From Octopus sinensis (Eukaryota): a stretch of 64,000 nucleotides of DNA. Shown here piece after piece: positions 13,515-27,056 of the stretch (its first letter is position 1; each line of letters begins with the position of its first letter). The position numbers were made by a program, and so were the translations under genes. The notes below the pieces were generated by a model. The model was given only the letters and a program-made list of their open reading frames with translations, made no database searches and was not told where the DNA came from. The stretch spans positions 26,598,001 through 26,662,000 of the forward strand of contig NC_043007.1 of the NCBI RefSeq assembly GCF_006345805.1. The letters are read 5' to 3'.

Positions 13515-14081
13515 TTGGGGTTGTCTGGAAAGTTTGTGCCAATTTTTAAAGGAGTGAAAAAGGTCAATATATATTTGCCATTACATTTTTAATCAACCAC
13601 ATATGAACCATTTTCTTGCACAATGCGTCTCCATCTTTCCCTAAACTTGAAAATACCCTCTTCCCAGAACTGAGGTGATTTCATCGCAAAGAATTCATCA
13701 AGGTATCTTTTTACGTCATCCAATGAATTGAATTTTTTACAATTAAGTCTATTCTGCAGAGACCTGAATAAGTGGGAATCCGAAAGAGCAATATCTGGTG
13801 AATATGGAGGATGGAGTAACACATAACAGCCGAGCCGCAGCAATTTTTGTCTGGTTCCCAAAGCATCAAGTGCCGAAAATGAACTTTCTTATCTTCCATT
13901 TTAAAGGGTTACAGAATGAACACAGGTTATAGGAACATAAACCTTCTTCCACGAAAAGACAGCTTAAACTGTGCTCTAAATGGATGTGTAGTCAAATCCT
14001 ATTTTATGGACTCAACCATGTTCTAAAATAAGTCGAAATGTAAGCTACTATAAATCAGCATGAACTTTCCGGACAACCCAA
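13515..14081 (-). mobile_element. Non-autonomous mariner, copy 2 (chimeric)
   Basis: Both TIRs present; ORF 13589-13861 LHPPYSPDIALSDSHLF. Confidence 0.92.
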
Positions 14082-15118
14082 TAGTATCTTAGCTAACTTG
14101 AAAGTTACGTACATTAAAATGTTCACGATACCAATGAGTTTTTGATGAATATTATCTAATTTCGAAAATGGTTATTCGAGCTGCTTGACTGTTTCTAAAC
14201 TTTTTAAAACTGGTGCTCCGTCGGTTACGACGAAAACCATTCCAGTTGATCCGATCAACGAACATCCTACTTGTGAAATATCACTCCACTGCTGCGCGTA
14301 CTATTAGCATAGTTCTCAGGGAGATTCGGCGAGAAACAGAATGTGACAAATTGGCTCCTTTGAATTACAGGTACTTCTCATTTTTGCCATTTATGTGGGC
14401 TGGAGGAATGTGAAAAAAAAGTGTCTTGCTCAAGGACAAAACGCACCCGTACGAATCGAACTCACAACCTCACCATTATCGGCCGAATAACCTAACCACT
14501 AAGCCACGCGCCTTCACTCGCTGCAGGTTAGTCCTGCTCCAACAGACCTATGATTAAATTTGTCTTCGCCGTGACCAACCAATCTTATTTTCAAACATAG
14601 TATATCTAGGAATATTTGATTTAACGTGACCTTAGCATCAGGTCACATTTGTTCCGGCAAATCCATTATCAAAAACGTCCTAGCTGTGACCCTCTTATTT
14701 TATATTCAGACTTTGTGTCCCTATGACTATTTGATCTCTTATAATCCTTTATTTTTGTTCTTGTCAAATCACTGGCCAGTCCTCGTCCGGCAGATCAGTG
14801 ACCAAAGACTAGCTAAATCTAGAAGGAATGGTGGACCGAAGCGATGAAATTGCACACTGCTTATAACGTCTTCTTCACAGATAAAAATCAACACTCAAAT
14901 GATAATCTTGACGGTCGATATCTCTGTCTCAGACTTTGATTCTCAGTCGTTAGGCATAAAGATAGTGAGAGATAAGAACTACTTTATTTCCTTAGATAAT
15001 TTAGTATCTTTGTACCTAAATACAATTCAAATAAGAGACGACACCTTTACTACTAATGACTAATTTTTCGTTTTATTATATTTAATATTCTATTCTATAC
15101 ATTACCAAATTTTTTTAT

Positions 15119-15166
<48 letters not shown>

Positions 15167-15196
15167 CTATTACCACAAAAAAATTTTTATAACTTA

Positions 15197-15762
15197 TTGG
15201 GTTGTCTGGAAAGTTTGTGCCAATTTTTAAAGGAGTGAAAAAGGTCAATATATATTTGCCATTACATTTTTAATCAACCACATATGAACCATTTTCTTGC
15301 ACAATGCGTCTCCATCTTTCCCTAAACTTGAAAATACCCTCTTCCCAGAATTGAGGTGATTTCATCGCAAAGAATTCATCAAGGTATCTTTTTACGTCAT
15401 CCAAAGAATTGAATTTTTTACAATTAAGACTATTCTGCAGAGACCTGAATAAGTGGGAATCCGAAAGAGCAATATCTGGTGAATATGGAGGATGGAGTAA
15501 CACATAACAGCCGAGCCGCAGCAATTTTTGTCTGGTTCCCAAAGCATCAAGTGCCGAAAATGAACTTTCTTATCTTCCATTTTAAAGGGTTACAGAATGA
15601 ACACAGGTTATAGGAACATAAACCTTCTTCCACGAAAAGACAGCTTAAACTGTGCTCTAAATGGATGTGTAGTCAAATCCTATTTTATGGACTCAACCAT
15701 GTTCTAAAATAAGTCGAAATGTAAGCTACTATAAATCAGCATGAACTTTCCGGACAACCCAA
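15197..15762 (-). mobile_element. Non-autonomous mariner, copy 3 (chimeric)
   Basis: TA|ttgggttgtctggaaag ... ggacaacccaa|TA; ORF 15270-15542. Confidence 0.92.
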
Positions 15763-16874
15763 TAGTATCTTAGCTAACTTGAAAGTTACGTACATTAAAA
15801 TGTTCACGATACCAATGAGTTTTTGATGAATATTATCTAATTTCGAAAATTGTTATTCGAGCTGCTTGACTGTTTCTAAACTTTTTAAAACTGGTGCTCC
15901 GTCGGTTACGACGAAAACCATTCCAGTTGATCCGATCAACGAACATCCTACTTGTGAAATATCACTCCACTGCTGCGCGTACTATTAGCATAGTTCTCAG
16001 GGAGATTCGGCGAGAAACAGAATGTGACAAATTGGCTCCTTTGAATCACAGGTACTTCTCATTTTTGCCATTTATGTGGGCTGGAGAATGTGAAAAAAAA
16101 GTGTCTTGCTCAAGGACAAAACGCACCCGTACGAATCGAACTCACAACCTCACCATTATCGGCCGAATAACCTAACCACTAAGCCACGCGCCTTCACTCG
16201 CTGCAGGTTAGTCCTGCTCCAACAGACCTATGATTAAATTTGTCTTCGCCGTGACCAACCAATCTTATTTTCAAACATAGTATATCTAGGAATATTTGAT
16301 TTAACGTGACCTTAGCATCAGGTCACATTTGTTCCGGCAAATCCATTATCAAAAACGTCCTAGCTGTGACCCTCTTATTTTATATTCAGACTTTGTGTCC
16401 CTATGACTATTTGATCTCTTATAATCCTTTATTTTTGTTCTTGTCAAATCACTGGCCAGTCCTCGTCCGGCAGATCAGTGACCAAAGACTAGCTAAATCT
16501 AGAAGGAATGGTGGACCGAAGCGATGAAATTGCACACTGCTTATAACGTCTTCTCACAGATAAAAATCAACACTCAAATGATAATCTTGACGGTCGATAT
16601 CTCTGTCTCAGACTTTGATTCTCAGTCGTTAGGCATAAAGATAGTGAGAGATAAGAACTACTTTATTTCCTTAGATAATTTAGTATCTTTGTACCTAAAT
16701 ACAATTCAAATAAGAGACGACACCTTTACTACTAGTGACTAATTTTTCGTTTTATTATATTTAATATTCTATTCTATACATTACCAAATTTTTTTATTAT
16801 ATATAATAATATATATTATATATATATATATATATATATTATCTATTACCACACAAAAAAATTTTTATAACTTA

Positions 16875-17309
16875 TTGGGTTGTCTGGAAAGTTTGTGCCA
16901 ATTTTTAAAGGAGTGAAAAAGGTCAATATATATTTGCCATTACATTTTTAATCAACCACATATGAACCATTTTCTTGCACAATGCGTCTCCATCTTTCCC
17001 TAAACTTGAAAATACCCTCTTCCCAGAATTGAGGTGATTTCATCGCAAAGAATTCATCAAGGTATCTTTTTACGTCATCCAAAGAATTGAATTTTTTACA
17101 ATTAAGACTATTCTGCAGAGACCTGAATAAGTGGGAATCCGAAAGAGCAATATCTGGTGAACATGGAGGGTGGGATACTACATCCCAGCCAAGCTGCAGC
17201 AATTTTTGTCTGGTTCCCAAAGCATCAAGTGCCAAAATGAACTTTCTTATCTTCCATTTTAAAGGGTTACAAAATTAACACAGGTTATAGGAACATAAAC
17301 CTTCTTCCA
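16875..17309 (-). mobile_element. Non-autonomous mariner, copy 4 (truncated by a (GATA)n tract)
   Basis: One TIR; ORF 16948-17235 LGWDVVSHPPCSPDIALSDSHLF; homology stops at aaaccttcttcca. Confidence 0.92.
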
Positions 17310-17323
17310 AGAGAGACAGAGAG

Positions 17324-17400
<77 letters not shown>

Positions 17401-17945
17401 TAGATAGACAGATAGATAGATAGACCGCCGATAACAAGATGTAAATACATATTTCAAATAATGAGCTTTCCTGAAGAAATCCACGACTTGGAGCGCATGC
17501 CCAGCCTCATAACGCAATGCAATTAACAAAACCAGATTTTAAAATAAATCTTTCATTTTTAGGAGACAGTTAACGAAAAGAGGCACACTAGGTCAATTAT
17601 ATAGGTTGATTATTGAACTCACATGCCATGGATCTAAGTATGATATAGCGGCTTTCTCATATATAATGTAAGGTAACGCGTCTTAGCTAAGCACTTTTTC
17701 CAAAATGTCCTCAACAAAATGTTCGTGCAAATTATGGGTTATTTTGACCCACGTTTTTTGTACGTAACACGTCGCGTAAACGGAAGGAGCCAACTACTTC
17801 CGCTTCGGAAGAAATAGAAGATATGAAGGAAGTTTACGTGGTTTTATTTTATAGAAAATCACTTTCTCTTTTGTTGATTCTCTCTCTTCTTATGTGTGTC
17901 CGTGTGTGTCTCCGCGTGTGTGCGTGCGTGTTTATGCATATATAT

Positions 17946-17979
<34 letters not shown>

Positions 17980-17986
17980 ATATATA

Positions 17987-19415
17987 TATCACAATCAAGG
18001 AACGGCCATAATAGGCCATTCACCCACTAGAATAACAGCCAAAAAGCTTCAACCGCAACAATAACATTAATTCCGTAAATCAGAAGAAAAATTAAAAAAC
18101 ATTACCGAAATCCTTAGACGATGCACGTTTCTTCTACTGTTTAATGGTAAATTAACCTGATTAATTTTAAATCAAGCCAATCTACCATAGGCCCTTAATT
18201 CATCAGTAAGGAATAGCCAAATCGGAACAGATATTTTTCACGAGGCATTCTCGTTCCATGCTCGCAAAATATCTGACATAAATTTTCAAATCGTCGCACT
18301 CGCGCCAAATTTATCGGCAGCAAATAAATATAAGCCGCCGATTCCATTACGGAAACCACACCAGGAAATTCATAATTATCAATATAGGGAGGCAAAAAAA
18401 TTTTGTAGAATTCTTTTGCCCCCAGCGGCCTAGTGGGGAAAAAAGTAAAATAGTCATAAACCATTTTTAAGTTCAATATCACAATCAAGGAACGGCATAA
18501 TAGGCCATTCACCCACTAGAAATAACAGCCAAAAAGCTTCAACCGCAAAATAACATTAATTCCGTAAATCAGGAGAAAATTAAAAAACATTTTTACCCTG
18601 AAATTCTTAGACGATGCAGCGTTTCTTCTACTGTTTAATGGTAAATTAACCTGATTAATTATTAATCAAGCCAATCTACCATAGGCCCTTAGATTCATCA
18701 GTAAGGAATAGCCAAATCGGAACAGATATTTTTCACGAGGCATTCTCGTCCATGCCTCGCCAATATCTGACCTAACATTTTCAAATCGTCGCACTCGCGC
18801 CAAATTTATCGGCAGCAAATAAATATAAGCCGCCGATTCCATTACGGAACCAACCAGAAAATTCATAATTAATCAATATAGGGAGGCAAAAAAATTTTGT
18901 AGAATTCTTTTGCCCCCAGCGGCCTAGTGGGAAAAAATTAAATAGTCATAACCTTTTAAGTTCAATATCACAATCAAGGAACGCCATAATAGGCCATCAC
19001 CCACTAGAAATAACAGCCAAAAAGCTTCAACCGCAAAAATAAATTAATTCCGTAAATCAGGAGAAAATTAAAAAACATTTACCCTGAAATTCCTTGACGA
19101 TGCACCGTTTCTTCTACTGTTTAATGGTAAATTAACCTGATTAAATTAAATCAAGCCAATCTACCATAGGCCCTTAGATTCATCAGTAAGGAATAGCCAA
19201 ATCGGAACAGATATTTTTCACGAGGCATTCTCTCCATTGCCTCGCCAATATCTGACCTAAAATTTTCAAATCGTCGCACTCGCGCCAAATTTATCGGCAG
19301 CAATAAATATAAGCGGCCGATTCCATTACGGAACCAACCAGAAAATTCATATTAATCAATATAGGGAGGCAAAAAAATTTTAGAATTCTTTTGCCCCCAG
19401 CGGCCTAGTGGGAAA
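17987..19415. repeat. Tandem repeat with a unit of about 490 bp, just under 3 copies, family unassigned
   Basis: tatcacaatcaaggaacg recurs at about 17987, 18477 and 18966. Copies differ mainly by 1-bp indels. Flanked by (AT)n. Confidence 0.93.
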
Positions 19416-19426
19416 AACTATATTGA

Positions 19427-19473
<47 letters not shown>

Positions 19474-19510
19474 AATATATATATACATTATATATCCATA
19501 TATATATACA

Positions 19511-19550
<40 letters not shown>

Positions 19551-19580
19551 CACATATGTCTGTATATTTGTGTGTATATA

Positions 19581-19625
<45 letters not shown>

Positions 19626-19666
19626 TGTATATATATAATACACATATGTATATATTTGTGTATATA

Positions 19667-19706
<40 letters not shown>

Positions 19707-20519
19707 ATAAATATATACATATATACGCACACGTATATATAACAATATATATACAATATATACCTACCTGTGTCTATCTTTTTACCCACCTCTCTCTCTT
19801 TCACATATATCCATATGCACACGTGTATGCGTATGTGTATGTGTGCATGTATGTGATTACACACTTACAGATATCTATACACAGAGACAAAACATTCGCG
19901 TATATCGTACGTGCGTGAGTATGCGTTTACGTACATACCTATGTGCGTATATATATGTACGTATGTTTACGCGTGTGTACGTGTGTCTGTCTGTCTGGTC
20001 GTCTGTGTATGTACGAGTCTTTGTATGAAAGCAAAACGGAATGTTTTGAAGTCTAATTGTGATGCAGTTTGATCTTTTTGAAATATAGACTAAAAGAAAA
20101 TTGACTGAAATACAATAAAATATTATAAAAGTCGTGACAATATTTCAAATGAAATTACAGATCAATCGAAGGATCGATAAAATGACACTTGGGTATCGAT
20201 TATTCTGTTGACTCATATCAATAATGACTATATTAACTGCTATTCCTTGATTGCTATAATACTAATAATACTAATAGTAGGAAAAATGGCGGAGTGGATG
20301 TCAGTAAAGAATAAATGAAATAAAGAAAAAGGATAATAAAAGAAAGAAAGAAAGAAAGAAAATACGAAGTAAAACAAGAAAGTCGAAGAAGGAAATAGAC
20401 GACGAGACAGACATAGAGATAGAGGGATATATGTATGTGTGAGTGTATATATGTTTATAGAGAATTGATGTGTCTAGAGGGAGGGGTTAAGGGGGTAGCG
20501 AAAGAGATAAGTAAATGGA

Positions 20520-21210
<691 letters not shown>

Positions 21211-21469
21211 GAAGAAAATTTAGTTTGCAAAAATATTGAAAGGAACAAAATAAACATCAAATATAAAGAAAGGATAAATGAAAGGAATATAATAAAGAAT
21301 AGATAAAGGAAATAAGGAAGAAAGGAAGAAAAGATGAAAGGAAGAAAGGAAGGACAGAAGGAAGGAAATGTAATTGTTGAAAGGTTCATCAGGTATGTCA
21401 AGGGAGATAAATCTAATAACTATAGGGAAATGTATTAAGATGGGTTTAAGAGAGAGAACTAGAGAGGGA

Positions 21470-21535
21470 GGAGAGAAGCGGGAAGAGAAGAGATCGGACA
21501 GAGAGGGGAATGAGCGATCAGAGTGTGCAGAGAGA

Positions 21536-21567
<32 letters not shown>

Positions 21568-21875
21568 GAGATGAAAGGGAAGAGAAGAGATCGGACAGAG
21601 AGAGCGATGAGAGATCAGAGTGTGCAGAGAAGAGAGAGTGGTAGGAGAGAAAGGGGGAGAGAGGAGAGAGAGAGAAAGAGAGAGATATGAGAGAAAGGGA
21701 GAGAGAGAGAGAGAGGAGAGAAACGGGTAGAGAAGAGATCGGATAGAGAGAAGGATGAGAGAAAGAGAGAGTGATAAAAGAAAGAGAGAGAGAGAGAGAA
21801 GAAAGAAAAGGGGAGAGAAGAGATCGAATAGAGAGAAGGATGGGAGATCAGAGTGTGCAGAGAGAAAAGTGAGAG
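21470..21875. repeat. Degenerate purine-rich minisatellite (agaagagatcgga ... gatcagagtgtgcagag)
   Basis: The motifs recur 3-4 times between (GA)-rich spacers. Confidence 0.75.
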
Positions 21876-22339
21876 GGAGAGAGATATAGAGAGAGTGAGA
21901 AAGAGAGATAGAGAGAGGGAGAGATGTGTGAACTAAAAGAGATGGAGTGCATTTGAGTAGAACTAGTATGTATAAGGTTAAAGAGATATGAGGAGAACAA
22001 TAAATTGAGAGACAGAAGAGGAATGGAGAAGAATTACAGAGATATGACGTTGGCAAAGAGGGAGAGAAAGTGGCGGTGGGAGTACATAGATGAGAGTAGG
22101 GAAAAGTATAAGGGGTGAAAGGAAGGGAGAGGGGGATTTGTGAGCGAGATATGGAAGAGGAAAGACACAAGTTATTGGAGGAAAGGATTGATGAAATGCA
22201 GAAAGATGAGGAAGAGAGAGAAAGAGGAGGAAGAAGAAGAGTTAGGGAAATTATATAAAGTTGAGGGTGGGTCTGAGTGAGGATGGTAAAGGAATTGAGT
22301 TGAGCGAGGGGAAAGAGTAAGACGGAAGAGAGAGAGAGA

Positions 22340-22735
22340 GAGTGAGTGAGAGAGACGGAAAGAGTGAGAGAGAGAAGAAAAGGAAGTGGTTGTAACGGAA
22401 TTGTTATCCCTACAGGAGAGGGAGGAGGAAGAGAGAGAGAGGGTGAGAGAGAGAGAAAGAGTGAGAGAGAGAAGAAAAGGAAGTGGTTGTCACGGAATTG
22501 TTATCCCTACAGGAGAGGGAGGAGGAAGAGAGAGAGGGTGAGAGAGAGAGAAAGAGTGAGAGAGAGAAGAAAAGGAAGTGGTTGTCACGGAATTGTTATC
22601 CCTACAGGAGAGGGAGGAGGAAGAGAGAGAGAGGGTGAGAGAGAGAGAAAGAGTGAGAGAGAGAAGAAAAGGAAGTGGTTGTAACGGAATTGTTATCCCT
22701 ACGAGGAGAGGGAGGAGAAGAGAGAGAGAGAGGGT
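22340..22735. repeat. Minisatellite, unit about 96 bp, 4 copies
   Basis: ggaagtggttgt(a/c)acggaattgttatccctac at about 22382, 22479, 22574 and 22671. Confidence 0.92.
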
Positions 22736-23238
22736 GAGAGATAGACAGACAGAGAGAAACAAAGAGAGAGGGGGAGGGGAAGTGAGAGAGGAATGAAAGA
22801 AATGAGAATGAGAAAGGGAGGAATGAAAAAGGGGAAGAGTAGGAGAGAGGAGTGAGAGATAGACAGACAGAGAGAAACAGAGAGAGAGGGGGAAGTGAGA
22901 GAGGAATGAAAGAGATGAGAATGAGAAAGGGAGGAATGAAAAAGGGGAAGAGTAGGAGAGAGGGGTGAGAGATAGACAGACAGAGAGTAACTGAAGGTAA
23001 GCGGGAAAAATAGGGTGGTAGTAGGAATGACAAACGAAGAACAAAGTAGCAGAATGGCCCAAGGTGGACGAGGACAGTAGCTGGAATGAGGTCAAGGGAA
23101 TATTTCGATTTCAGACAACCATTAAAACTAACATATGTACGTAGCCGTTTTGTATTTAAAGGAAATATGATGCGATATGAGGGGTATATGACTGATAGTT
23201 CTAGCAGGTTAACCCTGGTACAAAGAACGCAACATTTA

Positions 23239-23612
23239 CAGTAATCCCTCGCCATATCGCGGATCACCTTTCGCGGTTCACCTATCGCAGTTCACTTATC
23301 GCAGTTCACTTATCGCAGTTCACCGATCGCGGTTCACCTATCGCGGTTCACCTATCACAGTTCACCTATAGCAATTCACATATTGTGGTTCACCTACACG
23401 GTTCGCCTATCGCGGTTCACCTATCGCAGTTCACCTATAGCAAGTTCACCTATCGCGTTTCACCTATCGCAATTCACCTATCGCAGTTCACCAATCGCGG
23501 TTCACCTATCGCAGTTCACCTATCGCAGTTCACCTATCGCGGTTCACCTATCGCGGTTCACCTATTGCAGTTCACCTATCACGGTTCACCTATCGTGGTT
23601 CACCTACCGAGG
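23239..23612 (+). repeat. Tigger/pogo-type terminal repeat followed by a 14-bp minisatellite (ttcacctatcgc[a/g]g, about 25 copies)
   Basis: TA|cagtaatccctcgccatatcgcggatcacc, then tandem ttcacctatcgcag/ttcacctatcgcgg. Confidence 0.85.
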
Positions 23613-23696
23613 TTTATTATTGAAGCTTACGTCGATTCCTCAAATCTACCCCGGGATTAGTCAAATGATTGAAGCAAGTAAAAATTAAAAGATACG

Positions 23697-23727
<31 letters not shown>

Positions 23728-24100
23728 TTGATCGACTAGTTACTCCACAACTATTCCCGAGATAACACTTATGGACGTTCTGTATTAAAATGCACAATAA
23801 GTATCGGTGCATATACATTAAGTGCATATATGAACCATAAGAGTCTTCTTTATATTTAAATACTGTCTGTATTTGCCATTCCTGGAATTTTATGCAGTGC
23901 GGCGATTATTCGCAACACTACTGAATGTTTTGTGCAATATTTCCTATATCGGAGGTGACGAATTCTTGTCTGAGCATTTCGTTAGCTGCGAGTACATGTC
24001 ATTGAAAAACTTCTTTCCCGCCACCACCAAAAAAGCCAAAATGCATGAAGCGACGAATTTTCTTTCCCCTTTTACAAAAACCAATGTATATATATATATG

Positions 24101-24164
<64 letters not shown>

Positions 24165-24427
24165 CGTGTGTATAGTTCCCCGTAACGTAGCGGTTCAGCC
24201 AAAATTGACTAATAGAATAAGTACTTAAGTCTTAAGGAAAAATAAGTTCTGGATTCGATCTGTTCCACTAAAACCCATCAAAGCAGTGCCCCAGCATAGC
24301 CGCAGTCAAATGATTAAAACAAGTAAAAGATAAAAGATAATTATTTTGGAGGCGCGACACTTAGTGAGTAGGATATTGGAATTATAGTCATATCATAGTC
24401 TGTTTGCTGTCAGGATCCTGAGGGAGG

Positions 24428-24620
24428 GAGGTGCGTGGCTTAGTGGTTAGGGTGTTGCGTGTCTTAGTGGTTAGGGCGTTGCGCTCAAGAGTATAAGATT
24501 ATGGTTGCGAATCCTAGGCCATCTTATGCATTGTGTTCTCGAACGAAACACTTCCTTTCATGTCGCTACAGTCCATTCAATCCGGCGGAAATGAGTAATA
24601 CTACGACGGACAGTATGTCC
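24428..24620 (+). mobile_element. SINE family C 5' part with a duplicated A-box segment
   Basis: gcgtggcttagtggttagggtgttgcgtgtcttagtggttagggcg followed by a B-box-like gttgcgaatcc. Confidence 0.65.
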
Positions 24621-24877
24621 AGGAGGCATGTATACCCCTTAGAATCAGGGAGACGGGGTTTTGAGTCTACGACTCGGGAAGGACCTTTGTGAAATCCTTT
24701 TTTTCCTATTAGAATATGTAGAATTTGTGGAGGTGGGTTGTATCACTGTGCAACGAACTTTATTACATTGAGCCCTTTCTCCCTGTGGCTGTCACATCAT
24801 TGCTGTTCTGCCAGGTGGAAAGGGAAGAAAAGCAAAAACCGAAAATGCTATTTGCGTCTCTACCCGAGTGGAAGGAG

Positions 24878-25735
24878 CACCCCGTCGGTTACGACGACGA
24901 GGGCCCCAGTTGATACGACCAACGGAACAGCTTGCACGTGAAATTAACGTGCAAGTGGTTGAGCACTCCGCAGACACGTGTACCTATTTCTTTACTACCC
25001 ACAAGGGGCTAAACACGAGGGTCCCAGTTGATACGATCAACGGAACAGCTTGCTCGTGAAATTAACGTGCAAGTGGCTGAGCACTCCGCAGACACGTGTA
25101 CCTATTTCTTTACTACCCACAAGGGGCTAAACACAGAGGAGACAACAAGGACAGACAAAGGGATTAAGTCGATTATATCGACCCCAGTGCGTAACTGGTG
25201 CTTAATTTATCGACCCCGAAAGATGAAGGCAAAGTCGACTCGGCGGTATTTGAACTCAAAGAACGTAACGGCAGACGAAATACGTATTTCTTTATTGCCC
25301 ACAAAGGGCTAAACACAGAGGGGACAAACAAGGACAGACATAGGTATTAAGTCGATTACATCGACCCCAGTCCGTAACTGGTACTTATTTAATCGACCCC
25401 GAAAGGATGAAAGGCAAAGTCGACCTCGGCGGTATTTGAACTCAGAACGTAACGGCAGACGAAATACGGCTACGCATTTCGCCCGGCGCGCTAACGTTTC
25501 TGGCAGCTCGCCGACACGTGTACCGTTAACGTGGTTGTCAGAGAGATTCAGTGTGACACAGCGTGTGACAAGGCTGGCCCTTTGAAAAACAAAATACAGG
25601 TACCACTCGTTTTTGCCAGCTGGGGCAACGTGAAATAACGTATCTTGCTCAAGAACACAACACGTCGCCGGGAAACGATATGACGAGCTTACGATCGTGA
25701 ACGGGACACCCTTAACCACTAAGCCATGCGCCATC
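24878..25735 (-). mobile_element. SINE family C interrupted by a dimeric SINE family B (25103-25512)
   Basis: Target duplication gacacgtgtacc at 25091-25102 and 25513-25524. The insert has one head and two bodies. A 118-bp tandem duplication spans the left junction. Confidence 0.88.
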
Positions 25736-26199
25736 ATTTTCCCCGATTACATAAGGATTAAAATCAATTAGCGAAAAACATACTACATGCTTGCAAAATG
25801 AGGGCTACGGTTGATTATACAGAGGTTAATACTACGATCACAAAGATTATATAGGGGTTAATACATCTGTACTTAAAAAGAATTAAAGGCTGATACCGCG
25901 ATTACAAAAACGGGTTAATATCATGACGATAGACGAAATATATAAACGCTATTTACAAGGCCCCACTTTCTGCGGCAAATTTACGCCGCATCATTAATAT
26001 ATATACATTTATTTTTATATATTTTTTTACTATATCCCTTTTACATAGAAATTCATTGAATTACATTTATTTTGTCTGTTTCTGTGTTGACTATTCATGA
26101 TTGTCTTTGTGTGTGTTTTGTGTGTGATTCCCCCCCCCCAGTCTTCTGCTAGTAAATGTCTTATTTACATTTAAAAGAACCTTAACCGTTTATGTTATG

Positions 26200-26283
26200 C
26201 ATATATACATATAAATATTATTCGTCTGTCTGGCCTGCCTATTAAATGTTTATTCATATATATATATTTTATATTATATATAA

Positions 26284-26317
<34 letters not shown>

Positions 26318-26330
26318 CATATATATATAC

Positions 26331-26365
<35 letters not shown>

Positions 26366-26378
26366 CATATATATATAG

Positions 26379-26409
<31 letters not shown>

Positions 26410-26421
26410 CATATATTATAC

Positions 26422-26452
<31 letters not shown>

Positions 26453-26542
26453 ATCTTATATATATATACATATATATATACATTATATATATATATATAC
26501 TATATATATATACATATATATCACACACACTATATATATATA

Positions 26543-26590
<48 letters not shown>

Positions 26591-26600
26591 GCATAAATAT
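26200..26600. repeat. (AT)n microsatellite block
   Basis: Seen directly. Confidence 0.97.
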
Positions 26601-27017
26601 TTACATATATATATGTGTGTGTGTGTATGTATGCATGTATGTATGTATATATAATTTATACACATACAAGCGCACAAATGCGTATATCTATTATGGGCAT
26701 ACATGCATAAACATCTCTACATAATTACATATACATGTACATCCACACACACACACACACACACACACACTAAGCAATCAGTTTGTCTGTCCGTCCGTCC
26801 GTCCGTCCGTCTGACTGTTAAGTCTCTGCAACGGTTTATCTGTCTCTATCTGACATCGGTGACGTCGGCGGTGGCGCGCGACGGCGGCGGCGGCGGCAAC
26901 ACCAGCCAGTTCCGGTTTCGCTTTCATTTTCTATATTACTTTATATTGTGTTTTTTCCTTTCCTTATCCACAACACACACACACACACACACACACACAC
27001 CACACACACACAGACCA

Positions 27018-27056
<39 letters not shown>

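Larger units (their letters stand above)
12085..17161. repeat. Tandem array of three near-identical units (1702, 1681 and 1678 bp)
   Basis: agcaatatctggtgaa recurs at 12085, 13787, 15468 and 17146; the ORF track repeats the same peptides with this period. Confidence 0.95.

Noticed and set aside
18185-18220. CUGAUGA plus a stem on the minus strand of the 490-bp repeat
   Set aside because: No GAAA after the stem
23256-23612. CRISPR-like or other spacer array (also considered for 22340-22735 and 39400-40505)
   Set aside because: Units are contiguous without unique spacers, the context is eukaryotic, and there are no cas genes
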